64,000 nt of DNA from an uncultured Christensenellaceae bacterium (GTDB lineage Bacteria; Bacillota; Clostridia; Christensenellales; CAG-314), in contig CAJUIZ010000008.1 in NCBI GenBank assembly GCA_910586625.1, positions 2,618-66,617 on the forward strand, read 5' to 3'. Below, one piece after another: positions 11,680-20,346 of this stretch. The notes beneath the pieces were generated by a model. It made no database searches, was not told where the DNA came from, and saw only the letters and a list, made by a program, of their open reading frames with translations. The translations under genes were made by a program, and so were the position numbers. Within the stretch, counting starts at the first letter, position 1, and each line of letters starts with the position of its first letter.

Positions 11680-12180
11680 CTATTGAATAAAAAATTTATC
11701 CGTCAAACCGCCCGTTTGAATGTGCGTTAAAGCAACCGCCAATGCGTCTGCTGCGTCGTCGGGCTTGGGAGCCTTGGCAAGTCCCAAATACACACGCACC
11801 ATTTCCTGAATTTGCTTTTTTTCCGCTCTGCCGTAGCCGGTCATTGCCTGTTTTATCTGCAAAGGCGTATACTCGTACAGCTTTCCGCAGTGATGAATAG
11901 CAGACAAAAGGAGCACTCCGCGCGCGTGCGCCACGTTTATGCCGGTAGTAATATTCGTATTGAAGAACAATTCTTCCGCGGCTATTTCATCCGGTTTGTA
12001 TTTTTCGATAAGTTCCGTAACACCCTTATAGATAAGCGCCAATCTCACCGGAAAACTTTCGTCCTTTGGCGTTGTTATAACGCCGTAATCCACAACCTTT
12101 TTGCGGTTAAAATCTTCAAAATCCAACACGCCGTAGCCCACAATCGCAAGACCGGGGTCGAAGCCTATAACTCTCTTCAT
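11680..12180 (-). CDS. ruvC: Crossover junction endodeoxyribonuclease RuvC
   Basis: MKRVIGFDPGLAIVGYG N-terminus typical of RuvC. Start set at the ATG at 12178-12180, which has an SD (ggagaag); the tracked longer start is less likely. Confidence 0.9.
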   Translation of the reverse strand: MKRVIGFDPGLAIVGYGVLDFEDFNRKKVVDYGVITTPKDESFPVRLALIYKGVTELIEKYKPDEIAAEELFFNTNITTGINVAHARGVLLLSAIHHCGKLYEYTPLQIKQAMTGYGRAEKKQIQEMVRVYLGLAKAPKPDDAADALAVALTHIQTGGLTDKFFIQ

Positions 12181-12276
12181 AAGTAAATCTTCTCCGAATA
12201 AATCATATAGCAAATATACTCAAAAGTCAAGCGTAACCCAAAACTAAGTATTATTTTTAATTTTTGCGAAATTTAC

Positions 12277-12303
12277 TTGACAAATGGGGGGGGGTGCTAT
12301 ACT
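12277..12303 (+). promoter_or_regulatory. Candidate promoter containing a G9 homopolymer in the spacer
   Basis: TTGACA (12277-12282), G9 run (12286-12294), and TGcTATACT extended -10 (12295-12303). The spacer is only 15 nt. Confidence 0.4.
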
Positions 12304-12331
12304 AAATGAAAAAACAAAGGAGAACACTGTT

Positions 12332-12739
12332 ATGAAATTCTGTATGCATTGCGGAGCGGAAATAAACGAAGATGCGATAGTATGCGTAAAATGCGGCCGC
12401 GCCGTTGAAAGCAAGCCGAAAAATTCTAATAACAATAACGGATTACTTACTGCAGCAAAAGTATTTATGATAATCGGCTGCGTAGCATATCCTACAATAG
12501 GACTGATTTACGGACTATTACTACTTACCGCAACTATTGCCACTGCGCCTATGATAATCGGAGCAATCGTGTTTATTATATGCTTCTGCATCCCGTTATC
12601 CTGGACGATTCCGTTGACAGTTACCGTAAATAAAAAAATCAGAAACCGAGAACCGATAGGAGTAGGGATTAAAATATGCACGCTGCTGTTTGTTAATATG
12701 GTTGCCGGCATACTGTTACTGTGTCACAATGAAGAATAA
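12332..12739 (+). CDS. Zinc-ribbon domain membrane protein
   Basis: MKFCMHCGAEI...CVKCG zinc ribbon followed by about three TMs. SD aaaggag lies 8 nt upstream of the ATG at 12332. Confidence 0.7.
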   Translation: MKFCMHCGAEINEDAIVCVKCGRAVESKPKNSNNNNGLLTAAKVFMIIGCVAYPTIGLIYGLLLLTATIATAPMIIGAIVFIICFCIPLSWTIPLTVTVNKKIRNREPIGVGIKICTLLFVNMVAGILLLCHNEE

Positions 12740-12820
12740 AAATTAGGGACTGACTGAAATACGTCAATCCCCTTATCACTTTTATTCGTCTTTGCAATCG
12801 TAAAATTAAGTTTCTAAATA

Positions 12821-13558
12821 CTATTCGTCGTCTTCGGGAAGCGCAACATTGTGATAAACATTTTGTACGTCGTCGTTGTCTTCCAATACTTCCAACATTC
12901 TTTGGAATTTGGCAAGATTGTCGCCTTCGAGCGTTACCATGGTTTGCGGCAGCCAGCTCATTTCGGCAGAAACAAGGTTAAGCCCCTTGCCTACTACCGC
13001 ATCGCGTACACTTGCAAGCATCGTAACGTCGCAGGTCATTTCTAACATTCCGTCGTCCAACTGAACGTCGTCCGCGCCCGCTTCGATTGCAAGCTCGAAA
13101 GCGGAATCTTCGTCAAGATTTATTGTATTTTCCGCTACGACTATTCCGCGGCGGTCGAACATATAGCTTACGCAATTGGTTTGTCCTAAGCTTCCGCCGT
13201 TTTTATCGAAAGCGCATCTTACGTCGCCTGCGGTACGGTTCTTGTTATCTGTAAGACATTCCACAATTACCGCGCTTCCGCCTATGCCGTACCCTTCGTA
13301 CGTCATTTCGAAGTAATCTACCGCAGACAATTCTCCGCTTGCTTTTTTTATGCTGCGCGTTATGTTATCGTTAGGCATATTATTGGCTTTAGCTTTCTGT
13401 ACTATATCGTACAGCTTGCTGTTCGTATCGGGATCGGGGCCGCCGGCTTTAACAGCGACAGCGATTTCGCGACCTATTTTCGTAAATATCTTGGAACGAA
13501 CGGCGTCGCCCTTTGCCTTTTTGTTCTTTATATTGTTCCATTTGCTATGACCGGACAT
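12821..13558 (-). CDS. YebC/PmpR-family transcriptional regulator
   Basis: MSGHSKWNNIKNKKAKGDAVRSKIFTK N-terminus is diagnostic of the YebC family. Confidence 0.9.
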   Translation of the reverse strand: MSGHSKWNNIKNKKAKGDAVRSKIFTKIGREIAVAVKAGGPDPDTNSKLYDIVQKAKANNMPNDNITRSIKKASGELSAVDYFEMTYEGYGIGGSAVIVECLTDNKNRTAGDVRCAFDKNGGSLGQTNCVSYMFDRRGIVVAENTINLDEDSAFELAIEAGADDVQLDDGMLEMTCDVTMLASVRDAVVGKGLNLVSAEMSWLPQTMVTLEGDNLAKFQRMLEVLEDNDDVQNVYHNVALPEDDE

Positions 13559-13569
13559 AATGACCTCCG

Positions 13570-14331
13570 TTATTTAAGTGATTGTGAAAAAACCTGATAC
13601 ATGATTACGCTGCCCGCGACCGCCACGTTTAACGACTCGAAATTATTCGCCATAGGCAGCGATACGACCGAATCGGCGTTATTTTTTGCATACTCCGATA
13701 ATCCGTTGCCTTCGTTACCCAAAACCAACGCTAATTTTTTTTCGTATTTGCGTTCGAACGCATTGATTCCGCGTATGTCGCAAGCTATTATTTCCAATCC
13801 GTCAAGGACAGAAAACACTTCCGCCAAATTGTCGCTTTCGTGCAGATTCAAACAAAAGTGCGCGGACATTGCCGACCGCAACACCTTAGGCGAATACACA
13901 TCCGCGCAATTTACTGCGTAAACGTCGGTAAAAGCGCACGCAGCAGCAGAACGCAACAAGGTGCCGACGTTTCCGGGGTCTTGCAAACCGTCCAAAATCA
14001 GACAATTACCGCCATTGTCCGACCGATTTTCAATCGGCTTCGAAGCAACGGCAAGCACTCCTTGACTGCTGACAGTATCGCACATTTTAGCAAAAACTTT
14101 ATCCGCCACTACCGTCTGATTAACGTAATTGTAATTACCCGCCGCACTTTCGCGAACGAACACAGACGTTACCTGCGCGCCGTACTTTATAGCGTCGTTA
14201 ACAAGGCGCTCTCCTTCGATAACGTATTTACCGTACGCCTTGCGATACTTTTTGTCGTACAATTTGGTTACTTCGGCAACCTTGGCATTATCAGTAGACG
14301 TAATAATCATAATTTCAACCGCATAACGCAA
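13570..14331 (-). CDS. TrmH/SpoU-family RNA 2'-O-methyltransferase
   Basis: SpoU motifs (LDGLQDPGNVGTLLRSA, LVLGNEGNGLS, SLNVAVAGSVIMY). The start may instead be the ATG at 14310. Confidence 0.8.
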   Translation of the reverse strand: MRYAVEIMIITSTDNAKVAEVTKLYDKKYRKAYGKYVIEGERLVNDAIKYGAQVTSVFVRESAAGNYNYVNQTVVADKVFAKMCDTVSSQGVLAVASKPIENRSDNGGNCLILDGLQDPGNVGTLLRSAAACAFTDVYAVNCADVYSPKVLRSAMSAHFCLNLHESDNLAEVFSVLDGLEIIACDIRGINAFERKYEKKLALVLGNEGNGLSEYAKNNADSVVSLPMANNFESLNVAVAGSVIMYQVFSQSLK

Positions 14332-14355
14332 AAATGGGGCTTTATTCTAAGCCCC
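14328..14355 (-). terminator. Terminator after rplT
   Basis: Minus-strand stem ggggctt/aagcccc followed by atttttg. Confidence 0.6.
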
Positions 14356-14366
14356 GTAATTTGCAT

Positions 14367-14720
14367 TTACTTTAAGTTAGCTTTAGCAGTTTCCGCAAGT
14401 TTGGTGAAAGTCGTTGCGTCGCTCACTGCAATCTCTGCAAGAGATTTTCTGTTCAGATCGATATTGGCAAGCTTAAGACCGTGCATAAGTTTACTGTAAG
14501 ACAGTCCGTTGGCGTGAGCTGCCGCGTTGATACGGGCAATCCACAGACTTCTCATATCGCGCTTTCTCAGTCTTCTGCCTACGTAAGCGTAATTGCCGCT
14601 CTTCATCACCGCTTCGCGTGCGATACGGTAATTGGTGGATTTAAGTCCGAAGTAGCCTTTTGCCGCTCTTAAAATCTTTCTGCGTTTTTTTACTGCGTTA
14701 ACTCCGCGTTTAATTCTCAT
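14367..14720 (-). CDS. rplT: 50S ribosomal protein L20
   Basis: [17 protein letters not shown]... in the conserved infC-rpmI-rplT order. Confidence 0.95.
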   Translation of the reverse strand: MRIKRGVNAVKKRRKILRAAKGYFGLKSTNYRIAREAVMKSGNYAYVGRRLRKRDMRSLWIARINAAAHANGLSYSKLMHGLKLANIDLNRKSLAEIAVSDATTFTKLAETAKANLK

Positions 14721-14735
14721 TGTAGTATCCCCCTA

Positions 14736-14930
14736 TTAGTACGGCAGCATATGTTTTATCGTATTTGCTTTGGTCTCGTCAACGTAAGCAGTACTACGAA
14801 GGTTACGCGTTCTCTTGGTTGTTTTCTTACCAAGCTTATGGTTCTTGTTACATTGCGCGCGTTTCACTTTGCCGCTTTTTAATACGACAAATCTTTTTTT
14901 GGACGCGCTATGCGTTTTTTGTTTAGGCAT
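14736..14930 (-). CDS. rpmI: 50S ribosomal protein L35
   Basis: MPKQKTHSASKKRF... with SD ggagg 8 nt upstream of the ATG at 14930. Confidence 0.9.
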   Translation of the reverse strand: MPKQKTHSASKKRFVVLKSGKVKRAQCNKNHKLGKKTTKRTRNLRSTAYVDETKANTIKHMLPY

Positions 14931-14958
14931 ATATTTGTCCTCCAATGTTAATTTGCTG

Positions 14959-15465
14959 CTAATTCAACGGAGCGAGAAACATAGATATGTTCCTGCCTTC
15001 CGTAACAGGCTGTTTATCGATTTTTGCAACGTCGGCAAGGATTTCCGCAAACTTCTTCATTACTTCCACTCCCTGACTTGCGTATGCCTGCTGTCTGCCG
15101 CGCATACGTATTGTCGCTTTTACCTTGTTGCCGTCTTTAAGAAATTTACGCGTAATATTCGCCTTGGTATTCAAGTCGCCTATATCTATCGTCATAGAAA
15201 GCCATACTTCCTTTACCTCGATAGTCTTTTGGTTGCGCTTCATTTCCTTTTCTTTTTTGTTTTGCTCGTATTTGTACTTGCTGTAATCCATTATCTTGCA
15301 TACGGGCGGCACGGACGTCGGTGCGATTTTGACCAAGTCCAAGCCTTCTTCGTCGGCAATACGCTGTCCTTCGTACGCGGATATAATACCAAGCTGCTGT
15401 CCGTCGGCTCCGATCAGACGAATTTCCCTGTCCCTTATTTGGGAATTGATTTGAAGATCTTTAAT
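14959..15465 (-). CDS. infC: Translation initiation factor IF-3, initiating at ATT
   Basis: The tracked ORF starts internally. Upstream in frame, my translation reads IKDLQINSQIRDREIRLIGADGQQLGIISAYEGQRIADEEGLDLVKIAP. An ATT at 15463-15465 lies 7 nt after aggagg, and no ATG/GTG/TTG is available. A non-canonical AUU start is the known infC hallmark. Confidence 0.9.
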   Translation of the reverse strand: MKDLQINSQIRDREIRLIGADGQQLGIISAYEGQRIADEEGLDLVKIAPTSVPPVCKIMDYSKYKYEQNKKEKEMKRNQKTIEVKEVWLSMTIDIGDLNTKANITRKFLKDGNKVKATIRMRGRQQAYASQGVEVMKKFAEILADVAKIDKQPVTEGRNISMFLAPLN

Positions 15466-15610
15466 AACTGTGTCCTCCTACGAACAAATAAAAAATGCGA
15501 TACTTAAAATACCGCACTCCAAGAAACTGCGCCCAGTCGGGACGACTTCCTTTATTAGTTAACCGACGAACGATATTCGGCGGTGAGAAACGGTATTTCT
15601 GCTTGATTAC
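15466..15610 (-). promoter_or_regulatory. Candidate L20 (infC operon) leader with attenuator terminator
   Basis: An untranslated leader of about 145 nt lies between the promoter and the infC SD. It contains the hairpin tgcggtat/gtatcgca (15496-15516) followed by ttttttat just upstream of the SD, which is the architecture of the Firmicute L20 leader. Not checked against a covariance model. Confidence 0.45.
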
Positions 15611-15616
15611 GTTAGT

Positions 15617-15645
15617 ATTATAACAAACCTGCGGCTCATTGTCAA
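15617..15645 (-). promoter_or_regulatory. Consensus sigma-A promoter of the infC operon
   Basis: Minus strand reads TTGACA (15640-15645), 17 nt, TATAAT (15617-15622). It is embedded in the hairpin aaacctgcgg/ccgcaggttt (15625-15663), which may also terminate the upstream gene. Confidence 0.6.
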
Positions 15646-15687
15646 ATAATAAACCGCAGGTTTTCACAAAATAATTTTACATTTATT

Positions 15688-15972
15688 TCAATCTATAAAC
15701 CACTTATGTCCGCAATCCCGGCATATTGCTTTAGTGTGAACTTCTTCTTTTCGTTTTGATTGAATCACTTTCAAAATTGAAAGAATAATAGAAAAAATAA
15801 TAATAGCTATTACCGCACCCCAAATGTATCCGCTTACGAACAACGTTATAATTACTGCAACACCAAGAACCGCAACAATTAGCAAAAGAAAAACATTCAA
15901 TCCTTTTTTAGTTCCCGATACAAAAGATAAATCTTCATTATCGCATTTTGGACATTTGATTTTTTTATGCAT
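15688..15972 (-). CDS. Small zinc-ribbon membrane protein
   Basis: 94 aa from the ATG at 15970-15972: MHKKIKCPKCDNED..., two TMs, then ...CRDCGHKWFID (CxxC...CxxC). The tracked 185-aa version overlaps the thrS 3' end and is rejected. Confidence 0.6.
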   Translation of the reverse strand: MHKKIKCPKCDNEDLSFVSGTKKGLNVFLLLIVAVLGVAVIITLFVSGYIWGAVIAIIIFSIILSILKVIQSKRKEEVHTKAICRDCGHKWFID

Positions 15973-15994
15973 ATCTATTCTACTCCAATATAAA

Positions 15995-17911
15995 TTATAT
16001 ATCCGACGATTTTTCCGCAATTTCTTGTTGAAGTTTATTCGCCAATTCGTCGAAGGACATAACGCCCAAGTCTCCGTGCTTCCTATTGCGCACGGCAACG
16101 CTGCCCGCTTCCTTTTCCTTTTCGCCGAGTACCAGCATATACGGGATTTTTTGCAACTGCGCTTCCCGTATACGATAGCCCATCTTCTCGTTACGGTCGT
16201 CCACTTCCGCTCGAATACCCATAGCGACAAGCTTATCGCATACATTATGCGCGTACTCGCTTTGGTTTTCCGAAATGGGAATAAGCTCTACCTGCACGGG
16301 AGCAAGCCACAATGGGAACGCCCCTGCAAAATGCTCCGTAAGTATTGCTATAAACCGCTCTATGCTGCCGAATACCACGCGGTGAATCATTACGGGGCGA
16401 TGCTTTTCGCCGTCCTGTCCCACGTAGGTAAGGTCAAAACGTTCAGGCATTTGGAAGTCAAGTTGAATTGTACCGCACTGCCAGGTACGCCCTATACTGT
16501 CTTCCAAGTGGAAGTCGATTTTGGGTCCGTAAAACGCTCCGTCCCCTTCGTTAACCTCGTATTTCTTACCGAGAGTATCCAGTGCCTTCTTCAGCGCGCA
16601 AGTGGCCGTCTCCCACTGTTCGTCCGTACCCATGCTGTCTTCGGGACGGGTTGACAACTCCAAGTTATACTTAAATCCGAAAACGCTGTAAAAGCTGTCG
16701 ATGAGCCGTACAACGCCCTCTATTTCGCTTTCTATTTGTTCGGGAGTCATAAAAATATGTGCGTCGTCTTGGGTAAAGCATCTCACGCGCATAAGCCCGT
16801 GCAACGCGCCCGACAGTTCGTGACGGTGCACCAAGCCCAATTCCGCCATACGTTCGGGCAAATCGCGGTAGCTGTGCGGCTTACGCTTGAACGCCAACAT
16901 TCCGCCGGGACAATTCATGGGCTTGATTGCGTAGTCCTCGTCGTCAATCTTGACTACATACATATTGTCCTTGTAGTGATCCCAATGTCCGCTTCTGTGC
17001 CATAATTCCTGATTGAGAATCATAGGCGTTTTTACTTCTTCGTATCCCGCTTTGACGTGTTCGGCGCGCCAAAAGCTTTCCAACTCGTTACGCAGAATCA
17101 TACCTTTCGGGAAGAAAAACGGAAATCCGGGACCTTCGTCAAGAATATCGAACAAATCCAAATCCTTACCCAATTTGCGGTGGTCGCGGCGCTTCGCTTC
17201 TTCCAAACGGGTAAGATACTCGTCGAGTTCCGACTTCTTCTCGAACGCCGTTCCGTAAATACGGGTCAACATTTTGTTTTTGGTATCTCCGCGCCAATAT
17301 GCTCCTGCAATACTTGTTAGCTTGAAAACTTTAAGCCTGCCCGTAGACGTCATATGAGGCCCGCGGCACAAGTCCACATATTCGCCCTGACGGTATAGCG
17401 AAACGGTATCGGCGTCCAATTCCGAAAGTATTTCCACCTTGTAAAAATCGCCGTGCTTCTTAAAGAACTCTATCGCTTCCGTTCTCGGCATTTCTTCGCG
17501 GACGATAGGCAAATTCTCCTTGACGATTTTGTTCATTTCCGCTTCTATTTTAGCCAAATCTTCCGGTGCAATAGTTGCTCCTTCGAAGTCCACATCGTAA
17601 TAAAATCCGTTTTTAACGGACGGACCTATTGCAAACTTGGCATTTTTCCATATGCGAGAAATTGCCTGCGCCATCAAGTGCGCGGTCGAATGGCGCAAAA
17701 CGGCAAGTCCTTCGTCGTTCTTCAAAGTAAACACTCTGAACTCTGCGTCGCCGGCAATCATTGCCGACATATCCTGCATAACGCCGTTCACTTCGGCGCA
17801 TACCGCGTTTTTGGCAAGCCCTTGAGAAATACTCTCCGCAACTTGCATACAAGACACTGCTTGATCGAATTTTTTTTCGCTTCCGTCCGGCAGTTTAATC
17901 GTAACAGACAT
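15995..17911 (-). CDS. thrS: Threonine--tRNA ligase
   Basis: 638 aa from the ATG at 17909-17911 (SD aaaggag): MSVTIKLPDGSEKKFD (TGS domain), class II core, and a C-terminal anticodon-binding domain. Confidence 0.95.
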   Translation of the reverse strand: MSVTIKLPDGSEKKFDQAVSCMQVAESISQGLAKNAVCAEVNGVMQDMSAMIAGDAEFRVFTLKNDEGLAVLRHSTAHLMAQAISRIWKNAKFAIGPSVKNGFYYDVDFEGATIAPEDLAKIEAEMNKIVKENLPIVREEMPRTEAIEFFKKHGDFYKVEILSELDADTVSLYRQGEYVDLCRGPHMTSTGRLKVFKLTSIAGAYWRGDTKNKMLTRIYGTAFEKKSELDEYLTRLEEAKRRDHRKLGKDLDLFDILDEGPGFPFFFPKGMILRNELESFWRAEHVKAGYEEVKTPMILNQELWHRSGHWDHYKDNMYVVKIDDEDYAIKPMNCPGGMLAFKRKPHSYRDLPERMAELGLVHRHELSGALHGLMRVRCFTQDDAHIFMTPEQIESEIEGVVRLIDSFYSVFGFKYNLELSTRPEDSMGTDEQWETATCALKKALDTLGKKYEVNEGDGAFYGPKIDFHLEDSIGRTWQCGTIQLDFQMPERFDLTYVGQDGEKHRPVMIHRVVFGSIERFIAILTEHFAGAFPLWLAPVQVELIPISENQSEYAHNVCDKLVAMGIRAEVDDRNEKMGYRIREAQLQKIPYMLVLGEKEKEAGSVAVRNRKHGDLGVMSFDELANKLQQEIAEKSSDI

Positions 17912-17932
17912 AATTGTAATCTCCTTTGCTAA

Positions 17933-18155
17933 TAAAATAAAAGTCCTTACGAGTACATAACTCATAAGGACGAAAATAATCCGTGGTTCCACCTTATTTG
18001 ACGGCAAAGCCGCCCGCTCTTTTGTCCGACTGTCGCGCGGACGAACGCGCCAAGCAAAGTGGTATTCGTACGATTTCGTATGCGACGATTTCACCGCCCG
18101 CCGCTCTCTGTAAAACTACCTTCGCAAAACGTGTCTTTGCCTATAACGTATTACA
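17933..18155 (-). promoter_or_regulatory. T-box leader, Thr (ACC) specifier
   Basis: Four elements on the minus strand. First, an AGAGAGCGG...GGTGAAA stem I element. Second, an ACC codon followed by A (18061-18063). Third, the T-box sequence AAATAAGGTGGAACCACGG (17981-18000). Fourth, the terminator gtccttatgagt/actcgtaaggac (17943-17971) plus a U-run. Confidence 0.8.
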
Positions 18156-18160
18156 AAGCA

Positions 18161-18189
18161 ATTGTAATACCGACAAAAAAAATTGTCAA
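18161..18189 (-). promoter_or_regulatory. Sigma-A promoter of the thrS leader
   Basis: Minus strand reads TTGACA (18184-18189), 17 nt, TACAAT (18161-18166). Confidence 0.6.
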
Positions 18190-18203
18190 CTGTTTTTGCA
18201 ATA

Positions 18204-18956
18204 TTACAAAGCGCGAACGTATTCGGTAGCAAATAAAGAATCCATAAGATCGCAAAAATCTTCGCTCGGTTCGTCGTCGTAATAGAATACTACTTTCTTC
18301 GGCTTTAAGCAAATAACATTTAACGCTGTTTCTTCTTCCACGTTCAACGGCTGCGCAAGGGACTGCAACGCCGCTATCGTCTTGTTCTCTCCGCCGAACA
18401 AAATAAAACCGTCCTTATCCAAGCTTACCGATAACCGTTCTTCCTTGCACGTCATAGATTCCGATAAATACTGCAAAAATTCTACTATTAAATCGTTGTC
18501 CGTCAAAATAAAATCGTTATCGCTTACAAGCTTGGATATTTCCAACCATTTGCGCTTGATAACCGACATTCTGAAATTGTAATATCCGTCCAAACAAATG
18601 GTATTGTCCGGCTCAATCACGCGCGAAATAAACTGTTTGTCGTACTCGTTATCGAAGATACATATCGTATTGACAAGCACGTTTTGATAGAAGCTTGCGC
18701 CCTTTATATTAAGCAAATCCCTGAAATATACGTTTTTGTATCCTAACGATAACGCCTGCGTTACAGCCGAAGAAATGCAACGTCTTATCTGAAAACGGTA
18801 CGTATCGGAACAAGCCAACGAATAATAATTGCGCGAATCGTCTTCCAGTTCGGTGGAAATACCGTCTATTTCGTTCAAATACGGTTCTAATTGCGATTTA
18901 ACGTACGTTAGCAAATGATTATTCTTTTTTTCTACATTCAAAGTGGACTCGTACAT
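18204..18956 (-). CDS. Hypothetical protein, possibly YtxC-like sporulation protein
   Basis: 250 aa with no motif I recognise. The call rests only on remembered synteny (ytxC lies immediately upstream of thrS in Bacillus and other endospore formers). Confidence 0.4.
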   Translation of the reverse strand: MYESTLNVEKKNNHLLTYVKSQLEPYLNEIDGISTELEDDSRNYYSLACSDTYRFQIRRCISSAVTQALSLGYKNVYFRDLLNIKGASFYQNVLVNTICIFDNEYDKQFISRVIEPDNTICLDGYYNFRMSVIKRKWLEISKLVSDNDFILTDNDLIVEFLQYLSESMTCKEERLSVSLDKDGFILFGGENKTIAALQSLAQPLNVEEETALNVICLKPKKVVFYYDDEPSEDFCDLMDSLFATEYVRAL

Positions 18957-19038
18957 AATTGTAGTTTATGCAAAAATACACTTCTTTATATTGATGCGAC
19001 AAATATTGCCAATGTTTTCTGTTGAAAAATATCTATCG

Positions 19039-19722
19039 CTACCTTTTCAGCGAACGCGTCCACTGCTTATCTTCGTCGCTTACCCTAAACGACTCGCGCA
19101 TTTTCTGCAAAGCGCGGTTATACGCAAAATTATTCAATACCTCGCGCCCTTCGTTTTCCATGTATTTTACCGTAGCGTCTCGGCATTTGACGACGGCAGT
19201 AGCTATTAGCCACGCAACCGCTACGTCTACGTAGTACTCGCCCCATATGCGCACGCTTCTAAGCGCCGTAAATATACGGCAAATATACTCTTCGTCCAAA
19301 TAATTTGCAAGTAGATTTACAACTCCGTATCTGCATACGAACGTTCTCTCGTCGGAAAGCAACTTACAAAAATATTCGAAGTACAATTCCCGCTCTTTGT
19401 TATAAACTTTGATACAATTGCAATCGCATACAGCCCAATTTTCTATTGTAGCGGCAAAGTCGTCAAGCAAATCTTTCTTTTGTTCATACGGTATCTTGCT
19501 ATTGGATATCACAATTCCGCGCAGCAAATCCACTTCGTAATATTCGTGCAAAGGAAATTCCAATACTTGTTCGAGCGAATAGTTTTTTGCTATCTTGCGT
19601 ACAAACGGAGTAGTACAGCCTATCGTAACTACTCCGCTGTTGATTATTTTTCTATTGAAATCGTTGTATTTTTTGTCCGAATTGTCTTTCAAAATATGCA
19701 CTAACTTTTCGTATTCCGTCAT
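19039..19722 (-). CDS. DNA alkylation repair enzyme (AlkD-like HEAT-repeat family)
   Basis: About 227 aa, helical, with KKYNDFNRKIINS...PFVRKIAK...WAVCD features typical of PF08713-type proteins. Start set at the ATG at 19722 (SD ggagag), because the upstream extension lies inside the acpP terminator. Confidence 0.6.
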   Translation of the reverse strand: MTEYEKLVHILKDNSDKKYNDFNRKIINSGVVTIGCTTPFVRKIAKNYSLEQVLEFPLHEYYEVDLLRGIVISNSKIPYEQKKDLLDDFAATIENWAVCDCNCIKVYNKERELYFEYFCKLLSDERTFVCRYGVVNLLANYLDEEYICRIFTALRSVRIWGEYYVDVAVAWLIATAVVKCRDATVKYMENEGREVLNNFAYNRALQKMRESFRVSDEDKQWTRSLKR

Positions 19723-19737
19723 CTGTTCTCTCCGATA

Positions 19738-19776
19738 TAAAAATCGGGCTGTCATAAGTAACTTCTACGACAGCCC
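19738..19776 (-). terminator. Terminator after acpP
   Basis: Minus-strand stem gggctgtc/gacagccc followed by gattttta. Confidence 0.6.
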
Positions 19777-19790
19777 AGATAAAATGTTAT

Positions 19791-20024
19791 CTACTTTTGT
19801 TGCGCTTCGATATACTTTACAATAGCGTCGACGGTTACAAGATCGTTTGCAACTTCGTCGGGTACGGTAATACCGAAATTGTCTTCGAGAGACATAAGCA
19901 GTTCCACCATATCAAGGCTGTCCGCTCCAAGATCTTGAACGATATTCGATTCGCGCGTTATAGTATTTATATCTTCGATATTAAGCGCTTCCGCAAGCAA
20001 TTTTTGTACTTTTTCGAAAACCAT
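19791..20024 (-). CDS. acpP: Acyl carrier protein
   Basis: 77 aa with the phosphopantetheine attachment motif DLGADSLDMVELLMSLE. Stand-alone; no fab genes nearby. Confidence 0.9.
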   Translation of the reverse strand: MVFEKVQKLLAEALNIEDINTITRESNIVQDLGADSLDMVELLMSLEDNFGITVPDEVANDLVTVDAIVKYIEAQQK

Positions 20025-20053
20025 AGTTTGTTATTCCTCCTGATAATGAATTT

Positions 20054-20082
20054 ATTATATATCATCGACATTCATATTTCAA
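20054..20082 (-). promoter_or_regulatory. Sigma-A promoter of acpP
   Basis: Minus strand reads TTGAAA (20077-20082), 17 nt, TATAAT (20054-20059). Confidence 0.55.
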
Positions 20083-20088
20083 GTCTTT

Positions 20089-20118
20089 TTGACAAAAATT
20101 GTTGATATAGCATACAAT
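20089..20118 (+). promoter_or_regulatory. Divergent sigma-A promoter placed 6 nt upstream of an ATG
   Basis: TTGACA (20089-20094), 18 nt, TACAAT (20113-20118), then tttaat, then the ATG at 20125. Confidence 0.45.
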
Positions 20119-20124
20119 TTTAAT

Positions 20125-20346
20125 ATGAAATGTGTAAATAACGGACGATTTCTTAACGAACAAACCTATCTCGATACGGTGTGTAAATCGAGAAGGCCTC
20201 CGCCGCCGCGCCGCAAACCGCCGCGTGACTGTAATTATGTTGAGTGCAGCTATTGCGCGCCTTTCGGCAAATTGACGCTTAGATGCGACAAGCATTCAAC
20301 AAGCGTTTGCGTAGATATTCACAAAGATAAACCGCCTTGCAAATAG
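20125..20346 (+). CDS. Candidate leaderless small cysteine-rich protein (73 aa)
   Basis: MKCVNNGRFLNEQTYLDTVCKSRRPPPPRRKPPRDCNYVECSYCAPFGKLTLRCDKHSTSVCVDIHKDKPPCK has 8 Cys. There is no SD and the promoter abuts the ATG. The stop TAG sits in the loop of a 13-bp hairpin (20329-20363). No homolog recognised. Confidence 0.3.
   Translation: MKCVNNGRFLNEQTYLDTVCKSRRPPPPRRKPPRDCNYVECSYCAPFGKLTLRCDKHSTSVCVDIHKDKPPCK

Noticed and set aside
15973-16245. N-terminal extension of the small zinc-ribbon ORF (tracked as 15688-16245).
   Set aside because: It overlaps the 3' end of thrS in another frame. An internal ATG at 15972, just after the thrS stop, gives a coherent CxxC-TM-TM-CxxC protein.
17912-18094. 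Tracked thrS start at 18094.
   Set aside because: The extra 61 codons translate the T-box leader, including its terminator. The ATG at 17911 has an SD and begins the conserved TGS domain.
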